Assembly (NCBI GenBank): GCA_963754655.1
Contig: CAVWGN010000001.1
Location: 1,376,001 to 1,440,000, forward strand
Direction: 5' to 3'
Length of the DNA: 64,000 nucleotides
Source of the DNA: an uncultured Chlamydiae bacterium
Lineage (GTDB): Bacteria > Chlamydiota > Chlamydiia > Chlamydiales > Parachlamydiaceae
The number at the start of each line of letters is the position of its first letter. The stretch's first letter is position 1. The translations under genes and the position numbers were made by a program. Below, piece by piece: positions 10,659 through 19,265 of the stretch. The notes under the pieces were generated by a model that saw only the letters and a program-made list of their open reading frames with translations, was not told where the DNA came from and ran no database searches.

Positions 10659-11611
10659 TGAAAAAATTTCAACGCATTGCTTTTCTTTTTCCAGGCCAGG
10701 GAGCTCAGTATCCAGGCATGGCTCAAGATTTTTTCCATACTTTTTCTGCGGCTCGTCTCACTTTTGAAGAAGCCGATGACTTGCTTAAACGGCCCTTATC
10801 TAAAATTATCTTGCACGGCCCCGACGAGATGTTGACTGAAACGAAGAATAGCCAGACAGGCATTTATGTCGCCAGTATGGCTATCTTGAGAGTCATACAA
10901 GAGCTTTATGATTTTAAACCTTTTGTTTGTGCAGGATTGAGCTTAGGTGAATATACAGCCCTTACAGCTGGCGAATGGCTTTCTTTTCGCCAAACATTGC
11001 CGTTAGTTCAATATCGAGGGCAGTTTATGAATGAGGCTTGCGAATTTGCGAAAGGGACAATGGCTGTCGTTATGGGATTAGATGAGTCAACTGTTGAAGA
11101 ATTAGTCCGTGAAGTGAATTTGCCAAATGAATTATGGATTGCCAATTTCAATTGTCCAGGCCAAGTTGTCATTTCTGGAACTCTAAAAGGCATTGAAGTA
11201 GGCACTATTGCCGCAAAATCACGCAATGCCAAGCGCGTTTTGCCGCTACAAGTTCATGGGGCTTTTCATAGTGGTCTAATGCAAGAAGCTAAAGAAAAAT
11301 TAACTTCATATATTCAACAAGCGCCTTTAGTCAAAGGATCAGCGCAGCTAGTCATGAATGTTCCGGGTCATTTTGTTTCTGATATTGAACAAGTACGCCA
11401 TGATTTGATAGAACAAGTGACGCATTCTGTTCGTTGGGAACATGGAATACGGGCGATGAAGAGTCAAAATATCGATTTATACATTGAAATTGGTCCTGGA
11501 AAAACATTAGCAGGAATGAATAAACGGATTGGGGTAAAAGCGCCTACCCTGACAATCGAAAAAGTAGAAGATCTCGATCAACTCGCCCAAATGAAAATAG
11601 AAGGGAATTGA
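10655..11611 (+). CDS. fabD: Malonyl-CoA:ACP transacylase
   Basis: FPGQGAQ, GLSLGEY, NCPGQVVISG, GAFHS, EIGPGKTL. Confidence 0.97.
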   Translation: MMKKFQRIAFLFPGQGAQYPGMAQDFFHTFSAARLTFEEADDLLKRPLSKIILHGPDEMLTETKNSQTGIYVASMAILRVIQELYDFKPFVCAGLSLGEYTALTAGEWLSFRQTLPLVQYRGQFMNEACEFAKGTMAVVMGLDESTVEELVREVNLPNELWIANFNCPGQVVISGTLKGIEVGTIAAKSRNAKRVLPLQVHGAFHSGLMQEAKEKLTSYIQQAPLVKGSAQLVMNVPGHFVSDIEQVRHDLIEQVTHSVRWEHGIRAMKSQNIDLYIEIGPGKTLAGMNKRIGVKAPTLTIEKVEDLDQLAQMKIEGN

Positions 11612-11612
11612 C

Positions 11613-12365
11613 ATGAAAAATTTATTGCTTGATCAAGTAGCAATTGTGACAGGAGGAAATGCAGGCATTGGAAAAGCAATTGCTCTTAAGTTCGCGGAAG
11701 AAGGCGCCAAAGTAGCCATTTTAGGGACAAATGATGAAACAGGAGCGCATACTATTGCTGAAATGAAGCAATTGATTCCCTCTTCGCAAGTGGTTTTCTA
11801 CAAAGTTGATGTATCACAAACAGCGGACGTGGAAGCAACGATAAAAAAAGTTCTCGAGGATTTTGGAAAAGTTGATATTTTAGTCAATAATGCAGGGATT
11901 ACCGCTGATCAGCTTTTAATGAAAATGTCTGAAGAAGAATGGGATCGCGTCCTCGCAGTCAACCTTAAATCTTGTTATAATACTTGTCGAGCTGTGGTCC
12001 GTTCCATGATGAAGGCCAAAAAAGGAAAAATTATTAATGTTAGTTCTGTTGTGGGACTTATAGGGAATCCTGGCCAAGCGAATTATGCAGCTTCTAAGGC
12101 CGGAATGATTGGATTCAGTAAGGCCTTGGCAAAAGAATTGGCAACTCGTAATATTCTCGTTAACTGTATTGCACCAGGATTTATTCAGACTAAAATGACA
12201 GATACCCTTTCTGAAGAGCAAAAAGAGGCTATTTTAAAGGAAATTCCTTTAGGTCGCTTAGGAGACTGCATGGACATTGCTAATGCTGCTTGGTTTTTGG
12301 CAAGCCCTTTATCCAATTATATGACAGGACAAGTGGTCACGATTGATGGTGGAATGGCCATGTGA
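11613..12365 (+). CDS. fabG: 3-oxoacyl-ACP reductase
   Basis: TGGNAGIG, VNNAGIT, NYAASKAG, IAPGFI; in fab operon. Confidence 0.97.
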   Translation: MKNLLLDQVAIVTGGNAGIGKAIALKFAEEGAKVAILGTNDETGAHTIAEMKQLIPSSQVVFYKVDVSQTADVEATIKKVLEDFGKVDILVNNAGITADQLLMKMSEEEWDRVLAVNLKSCYNTCRAVVRSMMKAKKGKIINVSSVVGLIGNPGQANYAASKAGMIGFSKALAKELATRNILVNCIAPGFIQTKMTDTLSEEQKEAILKEIPLGRLGDCMDIANAAWFLASPLSNYMTGQVVTIDGGMAM

Positions 12366-12547
12366 ATCGCAACCCTTTAAAGCAAGGGTTGGGCAGGCTT
12401 CAAGGCTTATCTTAAAGCTTTATCTTCTAACTTGATTTAAATTGATAATTTTTAAGAAAATGAATCTTTTTTAGAAGTGGAAAAAATTGCAAAACGTAAA
12501 ATTGCAAAACATAAACGGATGAACAAATTTGAATAGAAGGAAATACT

Positions 12548-12784
12548 ATGTCTATTGAACAAGAAGTCATTGATATTGTCGTTGAACAACTAGGTGTTGA
12601 TAAAGATGATGTCACACCAGATAAATCTTTTGTGGAAGATCTAAATGCCGATTCTTTAGATCTTACAGAGCTCATTATGACATTTGAAGAGCGATTTGGA
12701 TGTGAAATCTCTCAAGAAGATGCTGAAAAGCTTAAAACAGTGCGCGATGTCATTAGTTATTTAGAAAAACGCAAAGCGCAATAA
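12548..12784 (+). CDS. acpP: Acyl carrier protein
   Basis: [12 protein letters not shown] phosphopantetheine site; 78 aa, acidic. Confidence 0.97.
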   Translation: MSIEQEVIDIVVEQLGVDKDDVTPDKSFVEDLNADSLDLTELIMTFEERFGCEISQEDAEKLKTVRDVISYLEKRKAQ

Positions 12785-12940
12785 TGGCGCAGTTATTCTT
12801 GCCCAGTTCCTAAGATCAGTCGCCTCCGGTCGATCACTATGGGCTAATATCCAATTTCTTTATGTTGACAGCATTGGATTTCCAGTCCACCGTGATTGAA
12901 GCCCGATGGAGATTCTTTCGTTCAAAAAGAGTGAATTTTG

Positions 12941-13203
12941 GGTAACATGTTTATGCCGTCCTTTCAGGACTCGATGTCTTTTTGATAGAACCCAGGCCTT
13001 CGCTTCGCTGCGACCTGGGCTGTAATACGCCGGTCCTTCAGGCCTTAACAAAAGGACTATTTAGGGGACTATAGAAGGGAACTTAAACCTCTCTTGTTAA
13101 GGCCTGAAGGCCGGCCTGTTACAGCCCAGGTCGCAGCGAAGCGGAGGCCTGGGTTCTATCAAAAAGACATCGAGTCCTGAAAGGACGGCATAAACATGTT
13201 ACC
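12941..13203. repeat. Family-A REP doublet (REPIN-like core palindrome, ~263 bp)
   Basis: Inverted ~110-bp arms GGTAACATGTTTATGCCG...CGGCATAAACATGTTACC around a ~42-nt spacer; each arm has three hairpins (GGCCTGAAGG-C, CCCAGG..CCTGGG, GTCCTGAAAGGAC). Confidence 0.9.
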
Positions 13204-13362
13204 TTCAATTGAACCAGCCTGATTTTGCAAGAAAGTTAAGGGTTTATATTCAATTTCTTGCAAATTTTAACATTTATTGGAAATCAAGAAAAGCCTCTAA
13301 ATGCTTAATTAGGGGCTTTTATAAGATTATTTCAAACTCGACTCTTTTATGGCCCCATTCTA

Positions 13363-13641
13363 TTAGTTATGCCTATGCCAGTCCGCAAAAGATTGATAAT
13401 GTTCGCATTCCTTTATGCATGTCTCCATGCTTTGTTCAAATAGATGGATAGGTATTGTGTTTTCCTCTTCATTCCATTTATTCCAACAATAAGTTCTACA
13501 AGGTGTTCTTTCTATTTTATAGCCTTCGTGTATCAATTCCACCCATCTTTTAAATAAATTGAATGGCGATTTGGTTTGATTGTGATAGTTGGAGTCAGAA
13601 GAACTAGGATTGGGTCCTTTAGGATCAAAACGAATAGACAT
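13363..13641 (-). CDS. Small hypothetical protein, Cys-rich C-terminus
   Basis: GGAGG RBS before ATG 13641 (MSIRFDPKGPNP...CRTYCW...CIKECEH). Confidence 0.55.
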   Translation of the reverse strand: MSIRFDPKGPNPSSSDSNYHNQTKSPFNLFKRWVELIHEGYKIERTPCRTYCWNKWNEEENTIPIHLFEQSMETCIKECEHYQSFADWHRHN

Positions 13642-14189
13642 ATTTCCTCCTGGATTGAAATTTTTAGGAGGAAAACACATGTGACTAAGTGTTTTCCTTT
13701 CTGCGTTCACCAGAAAAGAACTCATTAGAAAAATGACACGCTCCCTACGCTAGTATGACTTAGATTAGGTAATAAGGGTTTAACGCTTTTCACATCTTTT
13801 CAGCCCAGGACATGTCTTAAATCTAATCAAAGCAAGTTAAATTTTAAGCTATACCCAAATAGGCAACCCCTGGTGAACAATAAATACGATATACGTAAAT
13901 GCCAAAATTAGCAAGAGTGGGGGAAATCATGAAGGATGAAGACTCGATTACATTAGTTTTTGCCTATTAGGATGGTTTCAAACCCTGATGTGTCAAGCGA
14001 AGAGATGGGCTTAGGCTACGTGACGCATTCAGTCGCCGCGCCGCTTCGCTCTGGGCTCTAGGTGAGGGCTGTGGACCCACCGTTCGGTCGCCCTCTGGGC
14101 TCTGTCACGGTGGGCTAGTATCAGTCGTCCTACGGACTCTAGCGGCATTATCAAAATACCTTGCCTAACATTCAAGCGTTTTTAAATTG

Positions 14190-15513
14190 GATTGTGTAAA
14201 AAATTATGTGCAAAAAAAGGTCATGGTAAGATGATCTCTTATTAACTACAAAAAGAGGTATACCATGACCAAAAAGTATTCTATTGAGAAAAACAAATTA
14301 TCTAAAGAAGTTATTGAACAAGATGTTGATTTAATGAAGTCTCTTATGAAAACTGCTCTCGAAAATTTTTTAGAAGCCGAAATGATCGAGACTTTGGAAG
14401 CAAATAAGAGTGAAAGATCCAAAGAAAGAAAAGGCTATAGAGCAGGTTATTATACAAGGCACTTAGTGACGCGAATAGGCAATATAGAGCTAAAAGTACC
14501 AAGAGACAGAGAGGGAATGTTTTCTACCGAGCTTTTTGAACGATATGAAAGATCGGAAAAAGCATTAGTATCAGCTCTAGCAGAAATGTATGTCCAAGGA
14601 GTATCAACCAGGAAAGTGAAGGCAATCACAGAAGAACTTTGCGGACATGAATTTTCAGCGACGACAATAAGCAACATCAATAAGAGCTTGGACGAGGACT
14701 TAAAGCAGTTTGCAAATAGAAAATTGACAGAAGTTTATCCTTATCTAATTGTAGATGCTCGTTATGAGAAAGTTAGAGAAAATGGGATAGTAAAATCGCA
14801 GGCTATATTAATTGCAGTAGGTGTGAATGGAGAAGGTTACAGGCAAGTATTAGCAGTGGAAATTGCAAATCGAGAATCTCACAATAGTTGGAAAGATTTT
14901 CTATTGAGATTGAAAGAAAGAGGATTAATAGGAGTTGAGTTGATTATTAGTGATGAGCATGCAGGGCTTAGGAAAGCGATAATGGAAGTATTTTATCAAA
15001 TCCCTTGGCAAAGATGTTATGTTCATTTCTTAAGAAATGCAATTGATTATTTACCAAGAAAAGCAAACGACGATTGCTTACAAGAATTGCGATGGATCTA
15101 TGATAGAAAGGATATTAAAGAAGCCAAAACAGATTTGAATATGTGGCTAGAGAAGTGGATGATGAAGTATCCAAAGTTATGTACATGGGTGGAGGAAAAT
15201 ATTTTTGAGACATTAACGTTTTACCAGTTTCCAAAACAACATCATAAGCATTTAAAAAGTTCGAACTTACTCGAGAGAGTAAATGAAGAAATTAAGAGAA
15301 GAACACACGTTATTAGAATTTTTCCAAATGAAGAGAGTTGCTTAAGATTGATATTAGCAATTGCAGTTGAGGTTCATGAGGGATGGGTAGATAAAAGATA
15401 TTTAAATATGGATCTATTAAAAGAGCAAAAGAAACAAGAACAACTGAGCGTTGAAAAAATAGCTTAACCTAATGAGATCTCTTACCAATTTGCACATAAT
15501 ACTTGACACAACT
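14190..15513 (+). mobile_element. IS256-family insertion sequence
   Basis: Imperfect 25-bp TIRs GATTGTGTAAAAAATTATGTGCAAA / TTTGCACATAATACTTGACACAACT; direct repeat TTTAAATTG at 14181-14189 and 15514-15522 (boundary uncertain by 1 nt). Confidence 0.92.
14265..15467 (+). CDS. IS256/Mutator-family DDE transposase
   Basis: LKVPRDR, MYVQGVSTRKV, YLIVDARYEKVR, ISDEHAGL, WQRCYVHFLRN, SNLLERVNEEIKRR. Confidence 0.96.
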   Translation: MTKKYSIEKNKLSKEVIEQDVDLMKSLMKTALENFLEAEMIETLEANKSERSKERKGYRAGYYTRHLVTRIGNIELKVPRDREGMFSTELFERYERSEKALVSALAEMYVQGVSTRKVKAITEELCGHEFSATTISNINKSLDEDLKQFANRKLTEVYPYLIVDARYEKVRENGIVKSQAILIAVGVNGEGYRQVLAVEIANRESHNSWKDFLLRLKERGLIGVELIISDEHAGLRKAIMEVFYQIPWQRCYVHFLRNAIDYLPRKANDDCLQELRWIYDRKDIKEAKTDLNMWLEKWMMKYPKLCTWVEENIFETLTFYQFPKQHHKHLKSSNLLERVNEEIKRRTHVIRIFPNEESCLRLILAIAVEVHEGWVDKRYLNMDLLKEQKKQEQLSVEKIA

Positions 15514-15731
15514 TTTAAATTGTCGCTAGAGTCCGTAGGACGACTGATACTAGCCCACCGTGACAGAGCCCAGAGGGCGACCGAACGGTGGGTCCACAGC
15601 CCTCACCTAGAGCCCAGAGCGAAGCGGCGCGGCGACTGAATGCGTCACGTAGCCTAAGCCCATCTCTTCGCTTGACACATCAGGGTTTGAAACCATCCTA
15701 ATAGGCAAAAACTAATGTAATGGAGTAGTAC

Positions 15732-16228
15732 TACTCAACCACATTAGTTTTGTGTATTTAGACTCTTCAAAGCCTCGGGGCTAGGGTGTTCATTTTGTGC
15801 AAAAAATGAGCTTTATTTTTCACAGTAATTGGCATAGTTGAATAGAAGGTCGCATGTTTATGCCGTCCTTTCAGGACTCGATGTCTTTTTGATAGAACCC
15901 AGGCCTCCGCTTCGCTGCGACCTGGGCTGTAACATGACGGCCCTTCAGGCCTTAACAAAAAGATGATTTAGGGACTATAGAAGAGAGACTTAAACATCTC
16001 TTGTTAAGGCCTGAAGGGCCGTCATGTTACAGCCCAGGTCGCAGCGAAGCGGAGGCCTGGGTTCTATCAAAAAGACATCGAGTCCTGAAAGGACGGCATA
16101 AACATGCGACCTTCTATTCAACTATGCCAATTACTGTGAAAAATAAAGCTCATTTTTTGCACAAAATGAACACCCTAGCCCCGGGGCTTTGAAGCAGTCT
16201 AAATACACAAAACTAATGTGGTTGAGTA
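15732..16228. mobile_element. 497-bp fully palindromic MITE-like element carrying a family-A REP doublet (copy 1)
   Basis: Ends TACTCAACCACATTAG...CTAATGTGGTTGAGTA; ~227-bp arms, 42-nt spacer; same length as and near-identical to 33493-33989; flanks GTAC/GTAG. Confidence 0.88.
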
Positions 16229-17667
16229 GTAGGATTAGATAAGTGCTGTTCATCCTTAATTAAGTACGAAACAAAATAAATAGCTGATCCACTTAAAATA
16301 AAGCCTGGGATCATGGGCAGAATTTCATAACTTGTGAGCATAGGATTTAAAGTAGGCCATAGCATTGAAACAAGTGTCCCAACGATAATTCCGGCCATCG
16401 CTCCATAACGGTTCACAGAAGAAGAATAAAGGCTTATCAAGACTAGAGGACCAAAAGCACTTCCCAATCCCGACCACGAATAAAGAACTGTATTAAGGAC
16501 AGTTGAGCTACGGTTAAAAGATAAAAGAAGTGCTACAAGAGAAATAAAGACAACGCTAAGCTTGGAAAACCAAAGAATTTTGCGATCCGAGGGAGGCTTG
16601 TGATGTAAAGGAACATATAAATCTTCGCTCATCATGGAACCACATACTAATATTTGGGAATCCATTGTAGATAAGTTGGCTCCAATGATCGCGCATAATA
16701 TAAAACCTCCAATGAAAGGATGAAACAAATCTTTGACCATTTCAATAAAAATCATTTCTGGTTTTTCTAACCCGTTGGGAAAGTAGGCAATGGCAACTAA
16801 ACCGATGAAGGCAGCTGCTGCTAAAGCAACAAGTTGCCAAGACATTCCTAGCCATTTTGATTTGTGCATTTCAGAGACGTCCTTAATTCCCATAAATTTA
16901 GTAATGATATGGGGCATCCCAAAATAGCCTAAACCCCATCCTAAAGCAAGGGAAGAGATGGTAAAAAATGCATCAAAATTCTTTTCAGGAGCTAAGGAAA
17001 GTGAAATTCCTTGTTTTTGTGCCATCTCTGTAATCTGATGCCATCCATCAATTTTTGAATAAGCCATGAAGGGGACCAGCAAGAGCATAATCAAAAGAAA
17101 AATGCCTTGAAATAGGTCCGTCCAAGCCACTGTTGTAAAGCCACCTAAAAAGGTATAAATGACAACAACTAACATGGCAATAGATAATCCAATAAAATAA
17201 TCTAATTCAAAGAGAGATTCAAACAAATTTCCCATTGCAATTAAGCCAGCAGATAAATAGTGGGTCAGAAAAATAACCATGACAAGTGCGCTAAGGATGC
17301 GGATGATTCCAGAATGATCTTTAAAACGTTTTTCAAAAAAAGAAGAAAGGGTGTAACAATTATATGCTTCAGTCATTGCACGTAAGCGAGGGGCGACTAA
17401 TTGCCAATTGAGATACATGCCAACTAATAATCCTAAAGCAATCCATATGCGGGATAAGCCTAAAACAAAAATGCTCATGGGAAATGCCATAAACAGCCAA
17501 GCACTCATATCGCTAGCATGGGCAGAAAGAGCAACTAACCAAAAACTCAAAGAGCGGTTGCCCATGATAAAATCTGAAGAAGTTGTCTGCTTTTTATGAA
17601 AAATAAGTCCTATGATTAAAAGAAGGCTAAAATAGACAAGAAAGGCGGCAATGACTGATAAGTGCAT
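16213..17667 (-). CDS. putP: Sodium:proline symporter (SSS family)
   Basis: ALSAHASDMSAWL, LGGFTTVAWTD, GLGYFGMPHI, LSTMDSQIL; many TM helices. Confidence 0.85.
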   Translation of the reverse strand: MHLSVIAAFLVYFSLLLIIGLIFHKKQTTSSDFIMGNRSLSFWLVALSAHASDMSAWLFMAFPMSIFVLGLSRIWIALGLLVGMYLNWQLVAPRLRAMTEAYNCYTLSSFFEKRFKDHSGIIRILSALVMVIFLTHYLSAGLIAMGNLFESLFELDYFIGLSIAMLVVVIYTFLGGFTTVAWTDLFQGIFLLIMLLLVPFMAYSKIDGWHQITEMAQKQGISLSLAPEKNFDAFFTISSLALGWGLGYFGMPHIITKFMGIKDVSEMHKSKWLGMSWQLVALAAAAFIGLVAIAYFPNGLEKPEMIFIEMVKDLFHPFIGGFILCAIIGANLSTMDSQILVCGSMMSEDLYVPLHHKPPSDRKILWFSKLSVVFISLVALLLSFNRSSTVLNTVLYSWSGLGSAFGPLVLISLYSSSVNRYGAMAGIIVGTLVSMLWPTLNPMLTSYEILPMIPGFILSGSAIYFVSYLIKDEQHLSNPTTQPH

Positions 17668-17679
17668 AAAGATTAACTC

Positions 17680-18825
17680 TTAATTATCGGTGATTTTTAT
17701 TTGTAAGCTAATAATTTTAAAGTTGTGTTTAGTATGTTGCTTCTTGGCTAAAAAAGTTAATTCATTTGTTAACATGACATGAATGGTGTCTAACCCATCT
17801 TCGGCAAAGTGGCGTAAGACTTTTGCAAACCATCGCTCTATTGCCTCTTCTGTTTCAAATTGTTCAACCAAACTGCTGTTGTATAAAAATATCATATCTC
17901 GATTCTGCAAAGGAATGTCTTGGCTCTCACTTTTAACGAATTGCTGAGCTTTAATTGACCAGACCAGCGGAGGAAACAGTTTATGAGTATAGTAACGTAA
18001 AATGCGATATTGATCAATAAATTGACATTCAATAAAGGATTTATCCTTAAATTCTTTTTTAGGTAAATGCACCCATTGATTCAATTGAAAAAGACCTGCA
18101 AAACCTTGTTCTTGAGCTTCGAGTAAAGTGAGGATCAGATCACAAGAAGGAGGCAGACCTTTTTCCCTGCCAGTTGAATTCTTGACGTTTGAATTGGATT
18201 GAAACGTTTTACCCTTAAGATGTTGAAATTGTGTCAGTATAGACTTAATATTGACCCACTTGCAACGTTTTAAGAGTGAAGTTTTGACGCAGCTCAAATG
18301 TTCAGAATTCAACTGGCAGGAGGAAGATACCTTAAGAAATAAACCCTTTTGCAACGGTGATAGGGGAACTGAAATCAAGCGCAAGCTGATATGGGAATGA
18401 TTAAAATCTTCAATGACCTTTTGTAACATATAGTGCTGCAAAAGGAGAGCGCATTCATATTCACCATACATTCTTTCACGTATTAAGGAGCTTTCTCTTA
18501 ATCGACTCATATGTTCCACTAAACATTGACTCATAGTGTTTAATGTATGAGCCAATTCCATGATTTCTCTGGGTCCTTTCACTTGAATATTGGCTTCATA
18601 ATCGCCTGCAGCAATTTCAAGCGCAGCTTGATTCAATTGCCTAACAGGTTTACTAATGCGATCGGCGATCACGAATACCGTCCCAAAAACAAGCAAGAGG
18701 GTCAAACACGATCCCATGAGCAAGATCTCACGTGACCAATTGAAATAAAAAAAGAAAAAGGCAAGGAGAAGAAAAGCTGTTAAAGGGGGGAGTAGGAGTA
18801 AAAGCAAGCGCGATCGAATGGTCAT
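17680..18825 (-). CDS. Membrane HAMP-domain protein with degenerate RsbU-like C-terminus and an internal in-frame insertion
   Basis: Two TM helices, HAMP (ISKPVRQL..GPREIMELAHTLNTM), ERMYGEYECALLLQHYML coupling helix; stop/start overlap with the upstream gene. Confidence 0.7.
   Translation of the reverse strand: MTIRSRLLLLLLPPLTAFLLLAFFFFYFNWSREILLMGSCLTLLLVFGTVFVIADRISKPVRQLNQAALEIAAGDYEANIQVKGPREIMELAHTLNTMSQCLVEHMSRLRESSLIRERMYGEYECALLLQHYMLQKVIEDFNHSHISLRLISVPLSPLQKGLFLKVSSSCQLNSEHLSCVKTSLLKRCKWVNIKSILTQFQHLKGKTFQSNSNVKNSTGREKGLPPSCDLILTLLEAQEQGFAGLFQLNQWVHLPKKEFKDKSFIECQFIDQYRILRYYTHKLFPPLVWSIKAQQFVKSESQDIPLQNRDMIFLYNSSLVEQFETEEAIERWFAKVLRHFAEDGLDTIHVMLTNELTFLAKKQHTKHNFKIISLQIKITDN
18166..18320. 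mobile_element. ~155-bp MITE-like element inserted in frame in the HAMP gene
   Basis: Perfect 17-bp TIR CCTGCCAGTTGAATTCT / AGAATTCAACTGGCAGG, imperfect to ~27 bp; no clear TSD. Confidence 0.7.
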
Positions 18826-19265
18826 TTATTATTCTCCGTGGCTTTAAATGGCCTAAGAGGAAGCAAAGAAGTATACACTTGCAAAAAACCAACCGCTACT
18901 GATGGGCATTCTGAAATAATAGTGTATAAATTCGTGCGAGAAAGGGTAAGGACATGTGTTTTCACGGGCGCGAAGGCTGCATAGCCGCGAGGTTTATTGT
19001 TAAATAAAGACTCTTCTCCAAAAAATTCGCCACTCTCAAGCGTGTAAAGAGATCGTTTATGACTTGCCTGTATTTGAACTTCTCCCTGTACAATAAAGTA
19101 CATGCGATTCGCTTCTTCTTCGATGACGAAAATATAGTCACCTGGGTCGAACATCACAAGTCCAAGTTTATCTGCAACTATCAAAAGAAGATCTAAGTCC
19201 AATGCGCTGAAAGGCGCTGTTCTCTTAAGTAAAAATGCTTTATCAATCAATGTTAAACGCTTCAT
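18822..19265 (-). CDS. Cyclic-nucleotide-binding domain protein
   Basis: MYFIVQGEV, GEFFGEESLF..KPR phosphate-binding cassette. Confidence 0.9.
   Translation of the reverse strand: MKRLTLIDKAFLLKRTAPFSALDLDLLLIVADKLGLVMFDPGDYIFVIEEEANRMYFIVQGEVQIQASHKRSLYTLESGEFFGEESLFNNKPRGYAAFAPVKTHVLTLSRTNLYTIISECPSVAVGFLQVYTSLLPLRPFKATENNK

Larger units (their letters stand above)
13942..15726. repeat. Family-C giant palindrome (two 206-bp arms) split by IS256 in its spacer
   Basis: 13942-14147 is the near-perfect reverse complement of 15521-15726; the GC-rich core is homologous to the 53.9 and 58.2 kb elements. Confidence 0.92.

Noticed and set aside
13942..14147. tRNA or known structured ncRNA in the GC-rich arms
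   Set aside because: No cloverleaf, T-loop or CCA recognised; the structure is explained by the repeat family; an Rfam search was not possible
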